IMG/VR virus record: IMGVR_UViG_3300025575_000014
Coordinates: 1,393-65,392 of that record
DNA from: a virus
Taxonomy: Duplodnaviria; Caudoviricetes
Reading direction: 5' to 3' (one strand)
Length of the DNA stretch: 64,000 nt
This document shows positions 18,155 to 27,536 of this stretch, piece after piece (within the stretch, counting starts at the first letter, position 1; every line of letters starts with the position of its first letter). The position numbers were made by a program, and so were the translations under genes. Under the pieces are notes generated by a model. The model did no database searches. It saw only the letters and a list, made by a program, of their open reading frames with translations, and was not told the DNA's origin.

Positions 18155-18895
18155 TTAATAATCTCTATGTTCAACAAGTGTTTCATCGTTGCTACTTTGA
18201 TCGTCTATTTCTATTTTTGTGTAAGCTTGATCTACCCTCATCATAAACATATCAAATTTATCTAAGTGCCTTAATGATTTTAGATCGCTAGCTTTTTTCT
18301 TCCATTCCAATCTATGCCCTTTATCAATTTCTTTCCATCTAGTAAGCATGAACTCAACATTTAATTTTTCGTCTTCTTCACATTCAAATCTAACTATATG
18401 TTTTTCGTAATCGTTCCAATCGCTACTAACTTCTTCTACCTCAAAGCTAGTATTGATATAGCCACCGTCATATTCATAATTTTCTATTTTTTCAGTATCT
18501 ATTACATTAGAACAATATTCGCACCATTTTTCATAAATTTTAGTTATCTTTATATCACTTGAAATTTCTTCGCAAGTCATTAATTCTTTAAAGTTTTCTA
18601 ATAACTTTCTATTTTCTAAAGAGGTACCCTTAAGTACATCAACTAGTACAGAATCAAGTTTACATACATATTGTGAGTAATCATAATTTTCTAAATAAGG
18701 AACCATTACTGATTTAACTTTGTTTTCAATTACCTTTTTAACTTCTCCATTCCATCCGAACATATCATTTAGAGCCGAAGAAACGCACTCTTCAAGTTTT
18801 GCTGCTATTACCTTTTCAACTATTCCCTTTTCTATTTCCTGCGATATACAATCTTTTATACTATTTTCTAAATTCATAATAATTTCCCCCTCCAA
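18155..18895 (-). CDS. Hypothetical phage protein (probable start 18877)
   Basis: 240-aa acidic ORF with GGAGGGGG RBS. Confidence 0.75.
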   Translation of the reverse strand: MEGEIIMNLENSIKDCISQEIEKGIVEKVIAAKLEECVSSALNDMFGWNGEVKKVIENKVKSVMVPYLENYDYSQYVCKLDSVLVDVLKGTSLENRKLLENFKELMTCEEISSDIKITKIYEKWCEYCSNVIDTEKIENYEYDGGYINTSFEVEEVSSDWNDYEKHIVRFECEEDEKLNVEFMLTRWKEIDKGHRLEWKKKASDLKSLRHLDKFDMFMMRVDQAYTKIEIDDQSSNDETLVEHRDY

Positions 18896-19105
18896 TTTAT
18901 CTACAAATAAAACTCCATTTTCTCAACCCTTTTAAAGTTGCTACCACACCATGTTTTCTACAAAAACCAATATAATTAATTCTACTTTTATTTGTCATTG
19001 CAATTCCCTCCATTATTTTGTATAATAATGGTCAGGTAAGTAAATTCACAAAATCTATTACCTAACCAATTTCTTAATCTAAGTACCCTCGCCGAAGGGT
19101 GCTTT

Positions 19106-19471
19106 TTAATTTGCTTGATAAAAGTCATACTCACAATCGAAATTATCAAGAACACTCCCTGCCGAACATTCCTCGAGTGCATCTTCTAAATCAGAATTTC
19201 TATTCTCTAATTCCTCAATCCTCTCCTGCATGTACTCCCTTGTTTCAAATTTATCATGTAACGTTTTGTCTAATAAATCAAATAGTATCTCTTTGTCCAT
19301 TGTAGCGAGGTTAAGCATACCCACCGTGAAGTTGTTATTGTATTCATTATCAATTACCACCAAAGCTTTAGAACCTCTTGTGATGCCCTTGTGAGTTGTT
19401 ATTTCTGTATATCCTGTCGCTAAACCTTCTTCAATTTCTGTTGATATTAAATTTACGATTGACATTGGCAA
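19106..19471 (-). CDS. Hypothetical protein
   Basis: 121-aa ORF with AAGGAGG RBS. Confidence 0.7.
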   Translation of the reverse strand: MPMSIVNLISTEIEEGLATGYTEITTHKGITRGSKALVVIDNEYNNNFTVGMLNLATMDKEILFDLLDKTLHDKFETREYMQERIEELENRNSDLEDALEECSAGSVLDNFDCEYDFYQAN

Positions 19472-19548
19472 TTCCTCCTTATTATTCCATTTCTTATTAT
19501 ATTATATTCCTATAAGTAATATTATGCAACAGTTTGTTGTTATTTTAT

Positions 19549-20148
19549 TTATAGCTTTACATATTCAATTCCATAGACTTTGTAAGTATTTTTAAAAAAC
19601 TCCAATCCTTTTTCTTTTGCTATGTCATGGTGTAAAGTACAAAGAGATATTTTGCTTTTGTCATCTAATGTATAAATAATAGCTTCTTGTCCGCAAATGC
19701 TACACTTAGAATGTTTAAGACAATAAAACAAGTACGTTGAAATTTCAGTAGTCCTGTTAAGTGCTAGGTCTGTTAAAGGTATACTATTCATTATTACAAA
19801 CTCAATTACAAAATCTATAAAAGCTCTTGCAACCTCCAGTGTGCAATTAGATAAGCTAAAATCTTCTAATCCGCTTTCCATGCAAAAATTATATTTAAAC
19901 AACTGTTTAATGTACTCAGGAACATCTCCATTCCAATCCGCTATATCTTTAAATGTTGCGTAAAGTTTTTTCCTTTGTTCAGCATTTATTTTTCTACCAT
20001 CATCAAATGTTATTTCTCCATGTATACCCTTATTTGTAGAATATTTTAATAATTCTTCTTTAGTAATGTCTAAGCCAACCGTCAAAAATGCCTTTCCCTT
20101 AATTTCTTTTATACTTAAAACTTGTACTGGCTGGCTAAAGTTTTTCAT
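19549..20148 (-). CDS. Putative HNHc nuclease of the recombination module
   Basis: INAEQRKKLYATFKDI...FSLSNCTLEVARAFIDFVIEF...KCSICG...LCTLHH. Confidence 0.7.
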   Translation of the reverse strand: MKNFSQPVQVLSIKEIKGKAFLTVGLDITKEELLKYSTNKGIHGEITFDDGRKINAEQRKKLYATFKDIADWNGDVPEYIKQLFKYNFCMESGLEDFSLSNCTLEVARAFIDFVIEFVIMNSIPLTDLALNRTTEISTYLFYCLKHSKCSICGQEAIIYTLDDKSKISLCTLHHDIAKEKGLEFFKNTYKVYGIEYVKL

Positions 20149-20153
20149 AAGTG

Positions 20154-21305
20154 TTATTCCTCCTCGATTTTCCCTTTTGCAGTAGCTACATAATCATAGT
20201 TGTTATCTTTTAAAAATTTACTAAGTGCAACGACTTCTCCCATATTCCCTTGTATTCTCATTTCAATGAAGAATCGTTCCTCTGCTATTTCTGAAACTGT
20301 TTTTTTATCCTCTACTGATTCAGCACTTATATTGATATTTCTAACCAATTCTTTTGTTTTTGTTTCTCGCTCTAGTTTTTCAGTAGCTTTATTTTTTTCA
20401 GCTTCATCCTTTAAATACTGTGTTCTTTCAGCTTGTAACTCCTTATTCAACTTTTCCGTTTTTTCATCCTCAATAGCTTTTAATCTTAATCTTTCTTTTT
20501 CTTCCGCAGCTTCTTTTGCAATTCTTTTATTTCTTTCTTCTATCCTTACTTTTTCCGCTTCTTCAAATTTAGCTTTTTCTATTCTCTCAAGAACTAATTT
20601 TTCCGCTTTAGCTTTATTATCTGCTATAGCTTTTAACTCATTAGCCTTTGTTCTTTCTGCCCTGTCGTTTATCGTAGATAGTATTTGAGATATAGGAAAT
20701 TCTGTATTTATAAGCATTTGAAAATCCGAAATATCTAATTTGGCATCAATGTTTTTATTGCAATTTTCTATAGTATCTTTTATTATTTGTAGGTTTTCAA
20801 CTTCTTGTTGTTGTTCTTGTTGCAGAAGATAACCTCGTCTTTCAATATCCTCCTTAACCTTTTTAACGCTCATAGAAACGTTCATATATTCATCATGTAC
20901 AATCAGTTTACTACTATACTTATCATTCAACAGAAGCTCTTTAACCATGCTTTCTATGTGCGTTTGTGCCATTAATCTTTTAATCTCTCTAGCCTTATCA
21001 TCAAATACAGAAATTGCTTGTTTGATAGGGTTTTCAACTTCTACTATTAATCCAACTAATTCCTTGCATTGGCCTTCAAACCTAGTTACTGGAATAAGCA
21101 TTTCTTTCTTAATTCCTTTTCTATAAGTTTCTAAATCATTTTTCGTCTTAGAAAGTTCTTTTTGCATCGCTTTACAATCTTTTAAAGTGCTTTCAGAAAC
21201 TACTAGATTTTTATATTTTTCAGATCCAGCTATTAAAGAAGCCTTTACCTCTTCAAAATTTATTTGTACGATCGGTAATTGTTTTTCTAGTTTTATATCC
21301 AACAT
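20154..21305 (-). CDS. DUF1351-like coiled-coil protein
   Basis: LPIVQINFEEVK...YKNLVVSE...K..RKGIKKEMLIPV..FE; next to ERF. Confidence 0.7.
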   Translation of the reverse strand: MLDIKLEKQLPIVQINFEEVKASLIAGSEKYKNLVVSESTLKDCKAMQKELSKTKNDLETYRKGIKKEMLIPVTRFEGQCKELVGLIVEVENPIKQAISVFDDKAREIKRLMAQTHIESMVKELLLNDKYSSKLIVHDEYMNVSMSVKKVKEDIERRGYLLQQEQQQEVENLQIIKDTIENCNKNIDAKLDISDFQMLINTEFPISQILSTINDRAERTKANELKAIADNKAKAEKLVLERIEKAKFEEAEKVRIEERNKRIAKEAAEEKERLRLKAIEDEKTEKLNKELQAERTQYLKDEAEKNKATEKLERETKTKELVRNINISAESVEDKKTVSEIAEERFFIEMRIQGNMGEVVALSKFLKDNNYDYVATAKGKIEEE

Positions 21306-21567
21306 ATTAATTCCCCCTATTTTTCAAAACTTTGTTACATCAAAATATTTTTGAAGTGTGCCGCTATTCACCATCACTAAATATCGTGTTATTACCAGCT
21401 ACAAGAGTTATTTCACTAATAGTATTAACTAGCTTTACATTAGTCCACCCTTTGCCATCGTTGAATACAATAACTTTATGATAATCTTCCTTTTCTATTC
21501 TTTTTAACAAATCATATACAGTCATGTTTATACCTCCTTATTGCGTACTGTTATCATATTATGCCAT

Positions 21568-22407
21568 CTATATTATGCCTTCCAGCGGATTAGCTACCTT
21601 ATCAGGACGCAGCCCCAATTTCTCCATTGCTTCACTCCAAACCTCAAAAGTCATTTGTTCAAACTTTGTATTGTTATAAGCGGCACATATTATCGCTTGC
21701 TTAACGCCTTTTTTATCTGCCAACACTTTGATTGCTTCAATTTTGTTCTTATCAATCAATTTTTCTTCGCTTTTCTCATTACCCATTTTCTTAAAATTTT
21801 CATAAGCACTTTTTTTATCTTCTTGTTTGATGAATTTAACTTCTTTTGCATTGTACTTTTTGCACAATGAAGCTTCGTTATATCCCTTGCTCGCTGCCAT
21901 ATCAACTAACATTTTAGTAGTTACATTATTAGAATCAAAATTGTGTTTATCATTCTTCGTTCCTGTAGGTTCCTTATTATCTGCATCATCTTCATCAGTT
22001 GGTAATCCAAATGTTTTTAACAAAAAGTACCTCTCGTTGTACGAAAGTGCAGTCCCCACTGCCTTACTTATATCATCCGTTTGTTGCCCTAGTGCTAGCC
22101 ATTCAGTAACTAACATTTCTGTAGGTGTTTCTGCATTTATCCATGTATAAGTTAGTTTGAAAGTCACTATAAAATCCATACTTTCTTTTCCTTTAGCGGT
22201 TATATAATTATGCTTTTCCCAATGCACCGTAGAATAATCAACACTAGGTATAAGCAATAATCCCATTTCATCCATCTTAACTTTGATTTTACTTAGTACT
22301 TGGCTACCACTTACATAATCAAAACCATAACTTTTAGTATCTTTTGAAAATCCTGTTATAGACTTTCTAACCTCAACTATTTTCTGAAATAAATTTAATT
22401 TTTCCAT
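21568..22407 (-). CDS. ERF-family ssDNA annealing protein
   Basis: LNLFQKIVEVRK...FDYVSGSQVLSKIK...KAVGTALSYNERYFLLKTFGLPTDEDDAD. Confidence 0.82.
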   Translation of the reverse strand: MEKLNLFQKIVEVRKSITGFSKDTKSYGFDYVSGSQVLSKIKVKMDEMGLLLIPSVDYSTVHWEKHNYITAKGKESMDFIVTFKLTYTWINAETPTEMLVTEWLALGQQTDDISKAVGTALSYNERYFLLKTFGLPTDEDDADNKEPTGTKNDKHNFDSNNVTTKMLVDMAASKGYNEASLCKKYNAKEVKFIKQEDKKSAYENFKKMGNEKSEEKLIDKNKIEAIKVLADKKGVKQAIICAAYNNTKFEQMTFEVWSEAMEKLGLRPDKVANPLEGII

Positions 22408-22426
22408 ATTGTCCCCCTATTTATTT

Positions 22427-23044
22427 TTAAACACATTTTTCTAAAAACTCATATTTCTTTTTCAACGACACAGGCAATTCTCTAAGAAGTTTACTCACCC
22501 AACTTTGACTTAAATTTAATTTTTCTGCTATTTTCATTTGTGAAGATTCATCAATAAAAAACATTTTTAATATCACTTTATGGCTAGGTTTAAGTTCGTT
22601 AATAAGTAGATTAACTTCTTTTATTTCTTCGTGCTTTAAAACTAATTCCTCACACTGATCTGGACTTGAAATCAAATTCATTAATGTCAATGTATTTCCA
22701 CAACCATCGGTGGCAAACGGTTCATCAAAACTTACTTCGCACATGTTATATTTCTTTTTATTTGATTCCTTTCTTATTTGCATTAAAAAGTCATTTGTTA
22801 CAACCCTGCCTAGCAATGTGGTGAACAGATAACCTTTTTCAATATCATAAGCGTTAAAAGCTTTCGCCAATGCCATGCTGCCTATTTGGTTTAAATCCTC
22901 AATATCTAAATCCGAATTTGTAAATTCAAGTGCTTTTTTATAAATTAATCTTTCGAACTGTTCAAATGTTTCGCCGCAAGTCATTTCTCTTATTTCAATT
23001 CCTTTTTCTTTTGTTTTTAACTTTATCGCTTTTCGTATCTCCAC
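22427..23044 (-). CDS. Sigma-70-family factor resembling sporulation SigE/SigK
   Basis: EDLNQIGSMALAKAFNAYDIEKG, VSFDEPFATDGCGNTLTLMNLI (cf. SigE VSFDEPLNIDWDGNEL), region 4 SQMKIAEKLNLSQSWVSKL. Confidence 0.82.
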   Translation of the reverse strand: MEIRKAIKLKTKEKGIEIREMTCGETFEQFERLIYKKALEFTNSDLDIEDLNQIGSMALAKAFNAYDIEKGYLFTTLLGRVVTNDFLMQIRKESNKKKYNMCEVSFDEPFATDGCGNTLTLMNLISSPDQCEELVLKHEEIKEVNLLINELKPSHKVILKMFFIDESSQMKIAEKLNLSQSWVSKLLRELPVSLKKKYEFLEKCV

Positions 23045-23070
23045 GCTTACCTCCCTCGATTCCCATAGTT

Positions 23071-23247
23071 TTAATTTTGTTTTAAGTTATAATCAAGACA
23101 ACTTTCTCCATAAGCACATTGTTGTTCTTCTGCATCCCCGCAATCTCCACTCCAATGATGTTTATTACAAAATGGTACATATCCAGCCCCAACATCTCTT
23201 TCGTCCGATACAACACTATGAGTACATATATCGCATTTGTTTTCCAT
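23071..23247 (-). CDS. 58-aa Cys/His-rich protein
   Basis: Manual ORF MENKCDICTH...FCNKHHW..DC...CAYGESCLDY with AAGGGGGAG RBS. Confidence 0.6.
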   Translation of the reverse strand: MENKCDICTHSVVSDERDVGAGYVPFCNKHHWSGDCGDAEEQQCAYGESCLDYNLKQN

Positions 23248-23258
23248 AACTCCCCCTT

Positions 23259-23459
23259 TTATAAAATATCAATTTTAATTTTTAAAAGTTTAATAAGTAT
23301 TTGAATCTGTTTTAATCTAGGATTCCGTTTACCATTTTCTATTTGGCAATAACAAGATTGCGTTACTCCTAAGCGTTCTGCAACTTCTGCTTGTGACATG
23401 TCAGCTTTAACTCTAGCGATTTTTAATTCTTGTCTTTTCACTACATCATTTCCTTTCAT
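23259..23459 (-). CDS. Cro-like XRE HTH regulator
   Basis: LKIARVKADMSQAEVAERLGVTQSCYCQIENGKRNP; divergent from the repressor. Confidence 0.88.
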   Translation of the reverse strand: MKGNDVVKRQELKIARVKADMSQAEVAERLGVTQSCYCQIENGKRNPRLKQIQILIKLLKIKIDIL

Positions 23460-23485
23460 GCTAAATTATTCCTTCTTATTGTTAT

Positions 23486-23514
23486 ATTGTATTACATATC
23501 GTTATAATTTGCAA
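23486..23514 (-). promoter_or_regulatory. Early lytic (PR-like) promoter TTGCAA-N17-TACAAT
   Basis: Hexamers at 23509-23514 and 23486-23491, just upstream of cro. Confidence 0.7.
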
Positions 23515-23727
23515 CCCTTTATTTTCCTATTTTCCACATCTTGTTGAATTATTTTTTCACACTATTTCTTTTAGAAATTATTTTTGTCTTTTTGGTATTC
23601 TTTTTGCTATTTTCGTTTATAATGTTAGTATGTAGTTGAAAAAATCTTATGTTAATCTACTAATAAATGTATATATTGTTTTATATGTTGTTTTTTAAAT
23701 TTTAAAAATACATGGAGGTGTTTATAT

Positions 23728-24156
23728 ATGGAGGATAAAATTATGAATAGTGACGAAGAGTTGAGAGAAGTATTTACCCAACGACTAAAGCGATTGAGGA
23801 TGGATAAGGATTTAACCTTAGAGGAACTTGCCAAAATATTGAAAACTAAATACGATATAGGAGTAACTTACGGATCATTGGGTAATTATGAGCGGAATAC
23901 GCGTATGCCGAGTTTGTTCATTCTATCTAAAATTGCAGAGTTTTTCGATGTAACGACAGATTACCTACTGGGAAAGGTGGATATTAAAAATGCCAAAATA
24001 ATGCAGACAACCATATTCGATAAATACAATAAACAACAGAACGTTAAACTCGTTGTTAACAAAGATTCAGAGCTTGCTAATATGTCCATAAATGAAATAA
24101 GGGAACTGGTAATCAAATTACGTAGTTTAGGAATTGATTTCGACAATATCGTTTAA
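23728..24156 (+). CDS. CI-like XRE repressor
   Basis: RLKRLRMDKDLTLEELA...LGNYERNTRMPSLFILSKIAEFFDVTTDYLLG; divergent from cro. Confidence 0.85.
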   Translation: MEDKIMNSDEELREVFTQRLKRLRMDKDLTLEELAKILKTKYDIGVTYGSLGNYERNTRMPSLFILSKIAEFFDVTTDYLLGKVDIKNAKIMQTTIFDKYNKQQNVKLVVNKDSELANMSINEIRELVIKLRSLGIDFDNIV

Positions 24157-24265
24157 TAGAAATGTAAAAATAGGTCAATATTTAGTAGTATATAGTGTTC
24201 ATTAATTTGTTCTTTCTGTCACATTCAATGATATAATAAAGGAAGAACATTAGGAGGCTATGCTT

Positions 24266-24406
24266 ATGACAAATTTACTAAAAGGTCTTTTTTACATACA
24301 AACTAGTGACGGTAAAAAAATTACTAAAGAACAAATTCTAGACAAGCTTAAGAAACCAAAATCAATTATTCTTACAGTAGCTTTACTGATAGCGTTCATA
24401 CACTAA
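24266..24406 (+). CDS. 46-aa peptide with C-terminal TM helix
   Basis: MTNLLKGLFYIQTSDGKKITKEQILDKLKKPKSIILTVALLIAFIH; AGGAGG RBS, TG-a-TATAAT at 24232, hairpin terminator shared with the convergent gene. Confidence 0.65.
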   Translation: MTNLLKGLFYIQTSDGKKITKEQILDKLKKPKSIILTVALLIAFIH

Positions 24407-24461
24407 AGCAGATAAAAAACACCTACATTAATTTGCAGATGTTTTTTTATTTTTCATATGA

Positions 24462-24938
24462 TTATTTATCGTCCATGTTGTCTATGTATAGCTTACATAT
24501 TATATTGACTATTTCATTTCTACTGTACCCGCCTTTACTCTTCGCTAATTTATCCAGTTTATCAGCCAACGCAATATCCATGACAATACCGAAAGCTTTA
24601 GTCTTAACTCTAGCCTTAGCTTTAATAGGTATGTCTAATTGTAGCTTATCGCTTAGCTTATGGTCTAGTTTTTCTTTTGGTCTATGGCTTAGTTTTTTCT
24701 TCTTGTCAACAATTGGAGTATTGTCTTTTTTATCCTCTTGTGGTATGTTTGTTTTGACGTACTGCTTAGATATAGAATCGTATATATAGCTAGCCTTTTT
24801 GAAATTTCTTGCTATACTAGTGCGACCTATGCCTAAATAGTGCGCCGCTTTTGTTAATGTATCACCTTTTGCAAGTAGATCATTAACATATTCTAATTGC
24901 TTTACTATCTCCATTTCCTCAAACTCCGATTTGTTCAT
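24462..24938 (-). CDS. HTH plus C-terminal RHH DNA-binding protein (plasmid-type)
   Basis: N-terminal TLTKAAHYLGIGRTSI HTH; C-terminal KAFGIVMDIALADKLDKLAKSKGGYSRNEIVNIIC RHH. Confidence 0.7.
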   Translation of the reverse strand: MNKSEFEEMEIVKQLEYVNDLLAKGDTLTKAAHYLGIGRTSIARNFKKASYIYDSISKQYVKTNIPQEDKKDNTPIVDKKKKLSHRPKEKLDHKLSDKLQLDIPIKAKARVKTKAFGIVMDIALADKLDKLAKSKGGYSRNEIVNIICKLYIDNMDDK

Positions 24939-25032
24939 TGCAATCTCACCTCTTAAATACTTTACTATATCTTAACTAAAATTGAAATAGAAAAAGGATA
25001 CAGTATCTTACAACTATATCCATAAACTTTAT

Positions 25033-25335
25033 CTATTCATTTTTACTGTCAGCAATCGCACCTTTGATGTTTTCCCAAAAATACATTAAATTAACTACGG
25101 GTATTACTGCAAGTGTCGCTATTACTATATAAAGACTAAGAGGTGCGTTATCAAACGCCCAATTAAATAAATTATTAAATCTTTCTAACCATTCATCTGG
25201 CAGAGTATCCATTTGTTCTTGTATATGTCTCATTGCTTTAAAAGGATCGTTTCCTTTATTTAACTTCATTCTAAGTATTGCAGACATTACACCCGCTAAT
25301 ACTGTTATCCAATATATCTGTAATATAATATTCAT
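25033..25335 (-). CDS. Two-TM membrane protein
   Basis: Two hydrophobic helices; RBS present. Confidence 0.65.
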   Translation of the reverse strand: MNIILQIYWITVLAGVMSAILRMKLNKGNDPFKAMRHIQEQMDTLPDEWLERFNNLFNWAFDNAPLSLYIVIATLAVIPVVNLMYFWENIKGAIADSKNE

Positions 25336-25564
25336 TTGTTACCCCCAAATTAATCCTCATTACTTTGTTCAGTTTTTATTTCTTCGTTTATAAAAAATAA
25401 TGCAGTTCTTAATCCTTCGATGGAATTATTATCTTCTATTAATTCACATTGTATTTCGGTTTCTATAATTTCCTTTGCCCTCTTTAATCCTTCAATCATT
25501 GTTTTTTCTCCTTTCAACCTCTCGATTTAAAATCGACTACTTTAGAATATTTTTGAAATATGAC

Positions 25565-25786
25565 TTAAATTCCTACTTTTGTACCATCACTATAATGATA
25601 TACAATGTCGTTAAAAAACAATTCACTGTTAAATTTAAGTTCAGCCCCTCTTGTATTTATCCTCCTATGATTATAGGTATATCTACTCATTTCAATAAAG
25701 AGTAATCTTTTAGGAGTATCATTTATTGTTTTTAATTCATCTTTATCCTCTACGATATTTCCATGTGCATTTATTACTACTCTCAT
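25565..25786 (-). CDS. Hypothetical protein
   Basis: 73-aa ORF with GGAGGAG RBS. Confidence 0.6.
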   Translation of the reverse strand: MRVVINAHGNIVEDKDELKTINDTPKRLLFIEMSRYTYNHRRINTRGAELKFNSELFFNDIVYHYSDGTKVGI

Positions 25787-25812
25787 AATCTCCTCCAGCT
25801 TGATTCGTATTA

Positions 25813-26002
25813 TTATTTTTTCAAGTTCATAATTTGACCCATCGGTTTATTAATTACATTCAAACCACCTTGAAGGCATATCCCAATACTCAAATCTAAC
25901 ATTTCTAATTGCTCTTGTTTTAATCCTACTGGATATATTGTCCCATCCTTGCAATAACATAATAACTATTCCGTCTTTTGTTCCATCGGACATGTTATTC
26001 AT
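25813..26002 (-). pseudogene. Probable small gene with a +1 frameshift near 25955
   Basis: RBS and ATG give MNNMSDGTKDGIVIM; the protein-like continuation YCKDGTIYPVGLKQEQLEMLDLSIG...LKK* is one base out of frame; span 190 = 63x3+1. Confidence 0.4.
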
Positions 26003-26019
26003 TTAATAGCCCCCTCGTT

Positions 26020-26202
26020 TCAATCTTTCTTTAAGTCCCTGACCTCTTTTATCAATGTCTCATCAAGTTCTTTCATCATCTCTATACCTTTCTCGTCGGA
26101 TAATCTTCTCAATACTCTTCCTTGCCTGAACGTTAGTTTTACACCCTTAACATAAACCATATCAATAAATTTATCAAAGAGCCTTTCTTTCTCGGCATTC
26201 AT
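26020..26202 (-). CDS. Hypothetical protein
   Basis: 60-aa ORF with RBS. Confidence 0.55.
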   Translation of the reverse strand: MNAEKERLFDKFIDMVYVKGVKLTFRQGRVLRRLSDEKGIEMMKELDETLIKEVRDLKKD

Positions 26203-26803
26203 ATAAATTCCTTCTCTCGTTTATAATAAATTTTATAATTCTTAATGTATATTTAAAATTTGTTGTATCTCCGTTATTTTTAGTAAAATTACCGCCTTTT
26301 CTTTTGTTGAAATATTCTATGCAAAGGTTATAAGCATACGTATTTACGTTTGTTGTTTTTATAGTATCGAGTTTGCTTTTAAAAGTTGATAGTATAGACT
26401 TATATATGTCTATAGAGTACATTGAGTTAACTTCTAATAGCCATTGTAATATATCATCATCTAATTTTACCTCATATCTTCCGTTTTTCCTGTAACAACT
26501 TGTAGGCCCTATGAAATGATTATAATTAAGTTTTTCCGTACCCCTTTCTGTAAATCTATAATAAATATCACCAGTAAAAAATTCTGTAATGCTATATCTA
26601 TTATCCATATAATATTTTTTATTGTTTAATAGCATAAAATAATTATCTATACTATTTATTAACACTTCCTTTTTATGTTTTTTTAAAAGTGGATTAATAA
26701 ATACCTTTATTAAATTTATATTTTCTTTGTATTTTGTCTTAGATGTTTTCTCCCAGTGTTCAAGTACCAAGCTTTCATTCTTCGTTAATTTATACTGTTT
26801 CAA
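26174..26803 (-). CDS. Protein resembling the C-terminal domain of phage/plasmid replication initiators
   Basis: LVLEHWEK...LINSIDNYFMLLNNKKYY...YSITEFF resembles the IFxHWN...AIDNYA...WTLxEF domain; TTG start after GAGGGGG. Confidence 0.4.
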   Translation of the reverse strand: MKQYKLTKNESLVLEHWEKTSKTKYKENINLIKVFINPLLKKHKKEVLINSIDNYFMLLNNKKYYMDNRYSITEFFTGDIYYRFTERGTEKLNYNHFIGPTSCYRKNGRYEVKLDDDILQWLLEVNSMYSIDIYKSILSTFKSKLDTIKTTNVNTYAYNLCIEYFNKRKGGNFTKNNGDTTNFKYTLRIIKFIINERRNLYECRERKAL

Positions 26804-26809
26804 TTTTAT

Positions 26810-27455
26810 CCCCCTCTATTTATTTTATTGTATATAAGTTTTTGAACTTCTAAAATGTTTCGGGACTAAAGGAATGAAGATAGAACTCCCTCCCTCCTAA
26901 AAATTAGATTTTACTCTAATCTTCAAGAAAGTGTTAATGTTTCGTACACTTTAAGTACTCGACTTCACACCGTTATTTCTAACCAACCATTCAAAAGTAT
27001 TTCTACCTCAACTCACTCATTTAGCGCCATACATTAAGTTTTTAGTTGCTCCCTTTGCATTTCTGCAACACTTCTATATCCATATTAATGAGATTTTTCG
27101 TCCTCTCCCATACACCCAGCCATGTAGTTCACCGAGGACGTATTTCCATCTAACGAATAACAAATACAGTGCTACGCTCCTAATTGGCATTAGTATTTCC
27201 TACTGTATGAGTTTTTTAGTTTAACGAGGCATTCTTCCTTCAACGGCCTCCAATCATTTGTAAAATACAAAAACCCTTCTACAAGTGATTAACTTATAAA
27301 AGGGTTGTATTGGAGTATTAAAAGTGCTATAATTAGCTCAATAATATTCTTCTAAACGTCTTTCAAAGTGTTCTGATCACTTGATTGATTTAGCTCTCAT
27401 GGTTGGTCTTGTAAGCCAATATGAGAGTGTTGAAGATTTTTTAATTTATTCTATT
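26810..27455 (-). ncRNA. Long structured leader/ncRNA (~650 nt) with internal attenuator
   Basis: Promoter TTGTAA-N17-TATACT (27462-27490); 12-bp-stem terminator plus T5 at 27269-27304; ~440 nt downstream with no convincing ORF (longest found 38 codons, no RBS), GC-richer, several hairpins. Confidence 0.55.
27340..27442 (+). ncRNA. Putative antisense RNA to the attenuator leader
   Basis: TTGTAT-N17-(TG)c-TATAAT at 27305-27333; hairpin CTCTCAT..GTTGG/CCAAT..ATGAGAG at 27394-27427, T run at 27437-27442. Confidence 0.6.
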
Positions 27456-27500
27456 AATGGTAGTATACTACGAAATGTTGAATTTTACAATAACTTTCCT

Positions 27501-27531
27501 AATAAAAAAGAGAAAGGTTTTACCCTCTCTC
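27501..27531 (-). terminator. Intrinsic terminator (repeat family)
   Basis: GAGAGAGG-gtaaaa-CCTTTCTC-TTTTTT; 30/31 identical to 28557-28587. Confidence 0.8.
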
Positions 27532-27536
27532 AATAA

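Noticed and set aside
23520-23720. Defined cI/cro operator repeats
   Set aside because: The region is very AT-rich and I could not find a convincing repeated palindrome by eye.
26810-27455. Group II intron, retron or tRNA cluster
   Set aside because: No RT/maturase, no recognisable domain V, no interrupted gene and no cloverleaf/T-loop motifs.
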